Positions 46,094 through 50,028 of a stretch of DNA of 50,028 nucleotides are shown here, one piece after another. Where the stretch lies: the NCBI GenBank assembly GCA_002633005.1, contig NMRA01000373.1, positions 391,459 to 441,486 of the forward strand, read 5' to 3'. How positions within the stretch are numbered: the stretch's first letter is position 1; the number at the start of each line of letters is the position of its first letter. Under the pieces are notes generated by a model. It ran no database searches. It had not been told where the DNA came from and saw nothing but the letters and a program-made list of their open reading frames with translations. Made by a program: the position numbers and the translations under genes. Origin of the DNA: Phoronis australis (Eukaryota; Animalia; Phoronida).

Positions 46094-47463
46094 CTAAAGC
46101 AAAAAATACTGGCTGAAATAAATTGAAATAGTATGGATAAAATCTGGAAGTTTCTAACACGTTTGACTTCTGAAATAGGAAAGGTATCGTGCAATCCCTC
46201 TTCAAGAAATAAATGCAATAAAAATAAGCTGAAATTTTGAGATGGGATGTTATTTCATGACAACAGTTTTGAGTTGATGTATATTTGTATTCAATGTATT
46301 CATTCTGCATGAGAGATGACTGGCGTTAGCCTCATGACAAAAAAGACTGACAGAGACTGTTCACTAACAAAAATAGGTCGATATCAGGCCTCTGAAAACC
46401 AGTGTTGTCTGGAATATAGACTACCTTAAACGCGAATTAGTTCTCACGAAAATAGACTTTAAGCCAAACCCCATTTTATCCTTGGCATGTTCTGTACTGT
46501 ACTGAAACCATAAAGCTGCGCTTTAAGGAATTTTGATTATTTGCAAAAAATAGTCAATCTAAATGTGAACATTTGAAAAAATGCCAGATATTGCATGTTT
46601 GTGCTGCAGGAATAGGATGGTACTTTTTACTATTTAGATATACAGTAGCACATTCAACACTTCAGAACACAATCAATGAAGTGGTGTTCGTACCACTTAT
46701 GCTCAAATATGACTTCATATTAAATGAATTTGAACTACAAACTCTGACAGACAGGAGAGTTGATTATCGAGGGCATTTCATGTATTGAGTGGTAAATGGA
46801 CTGGTCTTGGCCGATCTCCACGCAACTTTCTCACAGCTGCAAAGACGCAGTTTGTGAGACCATAGACCAAGAACACTAAGCAGTCACCACCCTGGTGTTA
46901 GCGAAGTGACGACCACGGATACGTTTTGTGCTTTGCCTTGCTCATGAAGTGTCTTAATTGCAGCATTAAAATAAAATAAAATATAAAAAATAATTCTGAG
47001 GAAATGGTTACCCACGAGTTAAGACAAAAACAAACCAACACAACTGTGATAAGTTACAGTATTTTGCCATTGATTTCTGAATTACGTATGTCAACTTACC
47101 ACAATAATCTTCAGCGTAAATTCAAAGGACAGAAAACATCAGAAAAGAAAGTTTTTTCACTGAGAAGTCTTAATTTTGTTGGATTTTGTGGTTTTCAGTA
47201 CATTTTTACCCAGAAGTTAATTATCAACTGATTCAGGATACCGGAAATAACTGTCATTTGGTAAAACACACAGAATCATGACTGACTTGTCAGCAACATC
47301 AGTGAATTGAGTACGAGCAGGTTAGTGTACCGACTGGAGTGTCCAAACTTCAGAAGTACATACCAGTAAAAAACAACTTATCACTTAAATACGAGACTCT
47401 AAGACTAGCACAGGTGATAACTTTTTGGCACTTCATACATGAACAGAACAGATTTAAGGCATA

Positions 47464-47482
47464 GGTGGCGCCATCTAGTGTT
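47464..47482 (-). promoter_or_regulatory. CTCF-like motif
   Basis: AACACTAGATGGCGCCACC. Motif match only. Confidence 0.35.
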
Positions 47483-47633
47483 GGCTCGCATTTCACCTGT
47501 TAAACCGCAGGCGACAGGGAACTTAAATAGCGTCTCCTAATTGCTTTAGGATTGTGGTGTTGCCATACAGACGAAGATCATAAAGACAGTAAATCACGCT
47601 GAGGCAATGAAAAGAGGGACACATTTGGACAAT

Positions 47634-47942
47634 CAGGGTTTGACGTTATAAAAATCGCCAGGTCGCATTTTGCAACCTAGCCAAAATCCCAGGTCGCATT
47701 TTCAAAATCCAGCTCGCATTCATAAGTGCCAGGTCACAAAATTATCAGCCATTTTTATGCGCCAAAATTGATGATTTTAGATAATCGAAAAATGTTTAGA
47801 TTATCCTCTTCCCTGCAACGTTATCAGGACTCGACATAACGAGCTGCAGGTCGCCCCTGCGACCTGACTTTGGAAATGCGAGCTGAGATTTTTGACAGCT
47901 CGTATCAAGTCGCAAAAGGCGACCTGGAATTTCCAACATATG
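47634..47942. mobile_element. Possible old MITE with subterminal GGTCGCA/GCGACC repeats
   Basis: Several CAGGTCGCA on the left and GCGACCTG on the right. Starts CAGGGTTTG. No TSD. Confidence 0.4.
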
Positions 47943-50028
47943 AGAGCTGAGTTTTTACAGTTCTCGGCAGATACCTAGCAAATATAAAGCAACTCTAGTC
48001 AATCCGATCATTATTTGGCCGTTGCCAAATCCAAGTTCAAAAGAACGCTAGCCGAAAACTTTCCTCGCGATGACTTGTAAGCAAGTCGCGCGAATATGAG
48101 ATATGCAGAATCGATCTTTGACGCGTTTCATTGACTAACATTTTCGGCTACTTTTGTAAATTTCCGGATTCGCCGAAGAAGTTTTCGGGCCACTGCATAA
48201 CTCGTGATAAAACGTCACAAAACAGCGGTGTTTCTACTAATTCTTAAGCGATCAACTTACCAAATTTTGTGGTGGACAAATATGCTAATTTTTCGCGTAA
48301 GATGTCCTTATTACATGTATCAAATATCCACGAAAATATCCCTGATATCGCACTGCGCACTGGTTGGTCCCGTTGTTAGCGCGCAAGCGGTCCCGGAAGA
48401 CAATCGTGAGTTAGAGATGTGCATCTCACTTTTTATAGCATAAGACAGCCAAAGTGAAAATGACAACCCTGGTAATCGCCAAACGAAGGCAACGTTTTTA
48501 CTTTCAGTTGCCAAGAAATCCCCAAACCCTTTTACTTGTTTCTGGGGCTACGTGCGCGAAATATGAATTGTCTTTCACACGTTGTTGCCAACGTAAAGTG
48601 TAGACCTACTCCAGCGATTCAAGTGTCTGATCTCAAGCGTGCGCACCACTTCAAAGCTGCAAATCAAAAGAGAACAGTGACAGTCCTAACTAAACGAGTA
48701 TACCGGCTTGGTTCTGTTAAGCACCCGGGTACGCGCCAGTGGTTTATTTGAAAATGAACTCATAAATTACCGGCCGTTATAAAAGACCCGATCGGCTTTA
48801 CGATATTCCCCGGGACCGATATAATCCAAGAACTGATATTTTCCTGTGACGATGCTTCCCGAGGTCGATGTTCCCTAAACCCTATATTCTATGCCCGTAG
48901 CCAGCTATTGCATCTAAACGGGTACTAGATGCGAAATTGTGGTTGGCGAACTTTTTATTCTTCTCTTCATACACCNTCGGTTAATCTCAAGATCGTATGC
49001 AGGCCTACGTGAACTCGGAATACCCACTCAAATAATCACGTTCAAGCTACTATAATTAGTTAACGGGTGAAATAAGTGCTCTTTGAACCAATAATTACAG
49101 AAATTCACTACATTGAACAAAATATTCACCAGATTTCCTTAATGTGTATTTAATGAATAGCTCACGCTTACGCGATCTTCAGATTAAGCAAAATTCAAGT
49201 TCACGCATACCAAACAAGTAATGACAGGCGTTCGGTATAAGATAGGTTGTCCTCCGTTGAAAAGGCTTGCTAATCGTCCTCAAGTTGAATATTACCGCCG
49301 TAAAGTTTGAAATGAAGATCAGTTTGGGTGCTGGACTTATCTGCGATTCCAGATGGCTGTTACACGGTCTCAGTAAGGACACGGCAGATTTTGCTCGACA
49401 GGTAAGTCGTCAACGGATGTCCGAGGCGCACTTGTTACAGCAATGCTAACCATACTTAGTTTTCAGAATGTTATGGTAGATTTATTTTACTGCCTAGCAG
49501 TACAGAACTCACCGACATTACAATATTCCATTAGTAAAACCCTTGGTGTCTTTGACTGAGTATTTTTTGCGTTATTTTACTGTTTTAGTTGTTTAGCCCT
49601 CGGGCTCGGTTTCGTCCACTATTGTGTCGTGGATTAATTTGAGCAAACAAAGAAACCACAATTACAAGTGTTTCTTATGTAAAAGTAAGGGGATTCAAGG
49701 TAAGGGCTATTGAAACCAATTAAGATTTGTTGTGTCATTGGTTGATCTAAGCCATAACAGCCAGCAATCCTTGAGTAATAATCATTTAATAATCCTCTCT
49801 TTTGCGAATGAAGTCATCTTGCAGTGTGTATAGAGACTGATAGTCTATACAGCCTGTTAGTGCTAGTCTTGATACTCTAGCAGCCCTACACAACTAACTA
49901 GTCTTGTGGTTGTTTATGTTGACAGGCAGTCTATGCATGTAACCAGCTAGTCCTACAGTGCTGATCGAATCCAACGTCCTATCGAACGAACTTCAGCCTC
50001 AGTCAGGCCTCGGGTGACCTTCAACCGG

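Noticed and set aside
46770-49460. Further upstream exons or promoter of the zinc-finger gene
   Set aside because: Splice-like signals exist, but no consistent open, phase-compatible model could be built by eye

Overview
Eukaryotic DNA, probably from a marine invertebrate (inferred from the transposon families; species not identifiable), and dominated by nested transposable elements. 208-17882 (- strand) is an old, decayed Ty3/Gypsy element with gag, pol and a baculovirus-F-like env. It has TG..CA LTRs, a GGCT target-site duplication (TSD), and a remnant of a second retropepsin-like ORF after env. Three younger elements sit inside it: an ISL2EU-like DNA transposon (3' LTR), a LINE tail (5' LTR), and an intact Troyka-type Gypsy element (3517-8728; identical CG..CG LTRs, 3-bp TSD, 1595-aa ORF). 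The right half holds an intronless NAT8/camello-like GNAT acetyltransferase gene, a ~1 kb tandem duplication, a decayed Academ transposon (31778-37295), a THAP remnant, two head-to-head TAG..CTA elements, a foldback element, a DIRS/Ngaro recombinase remnant inside a LINE, and a C2H2 zinc-finger gene. The most unusual observations are the extra protease-like ORF, a 15/16-bp identical flank shared by two unrelated 3-bp-TSD insertions, and widespread TA-flanked micro-insertions such as TACATGTA. All alignments and counts were done by eye and no database searches were run.
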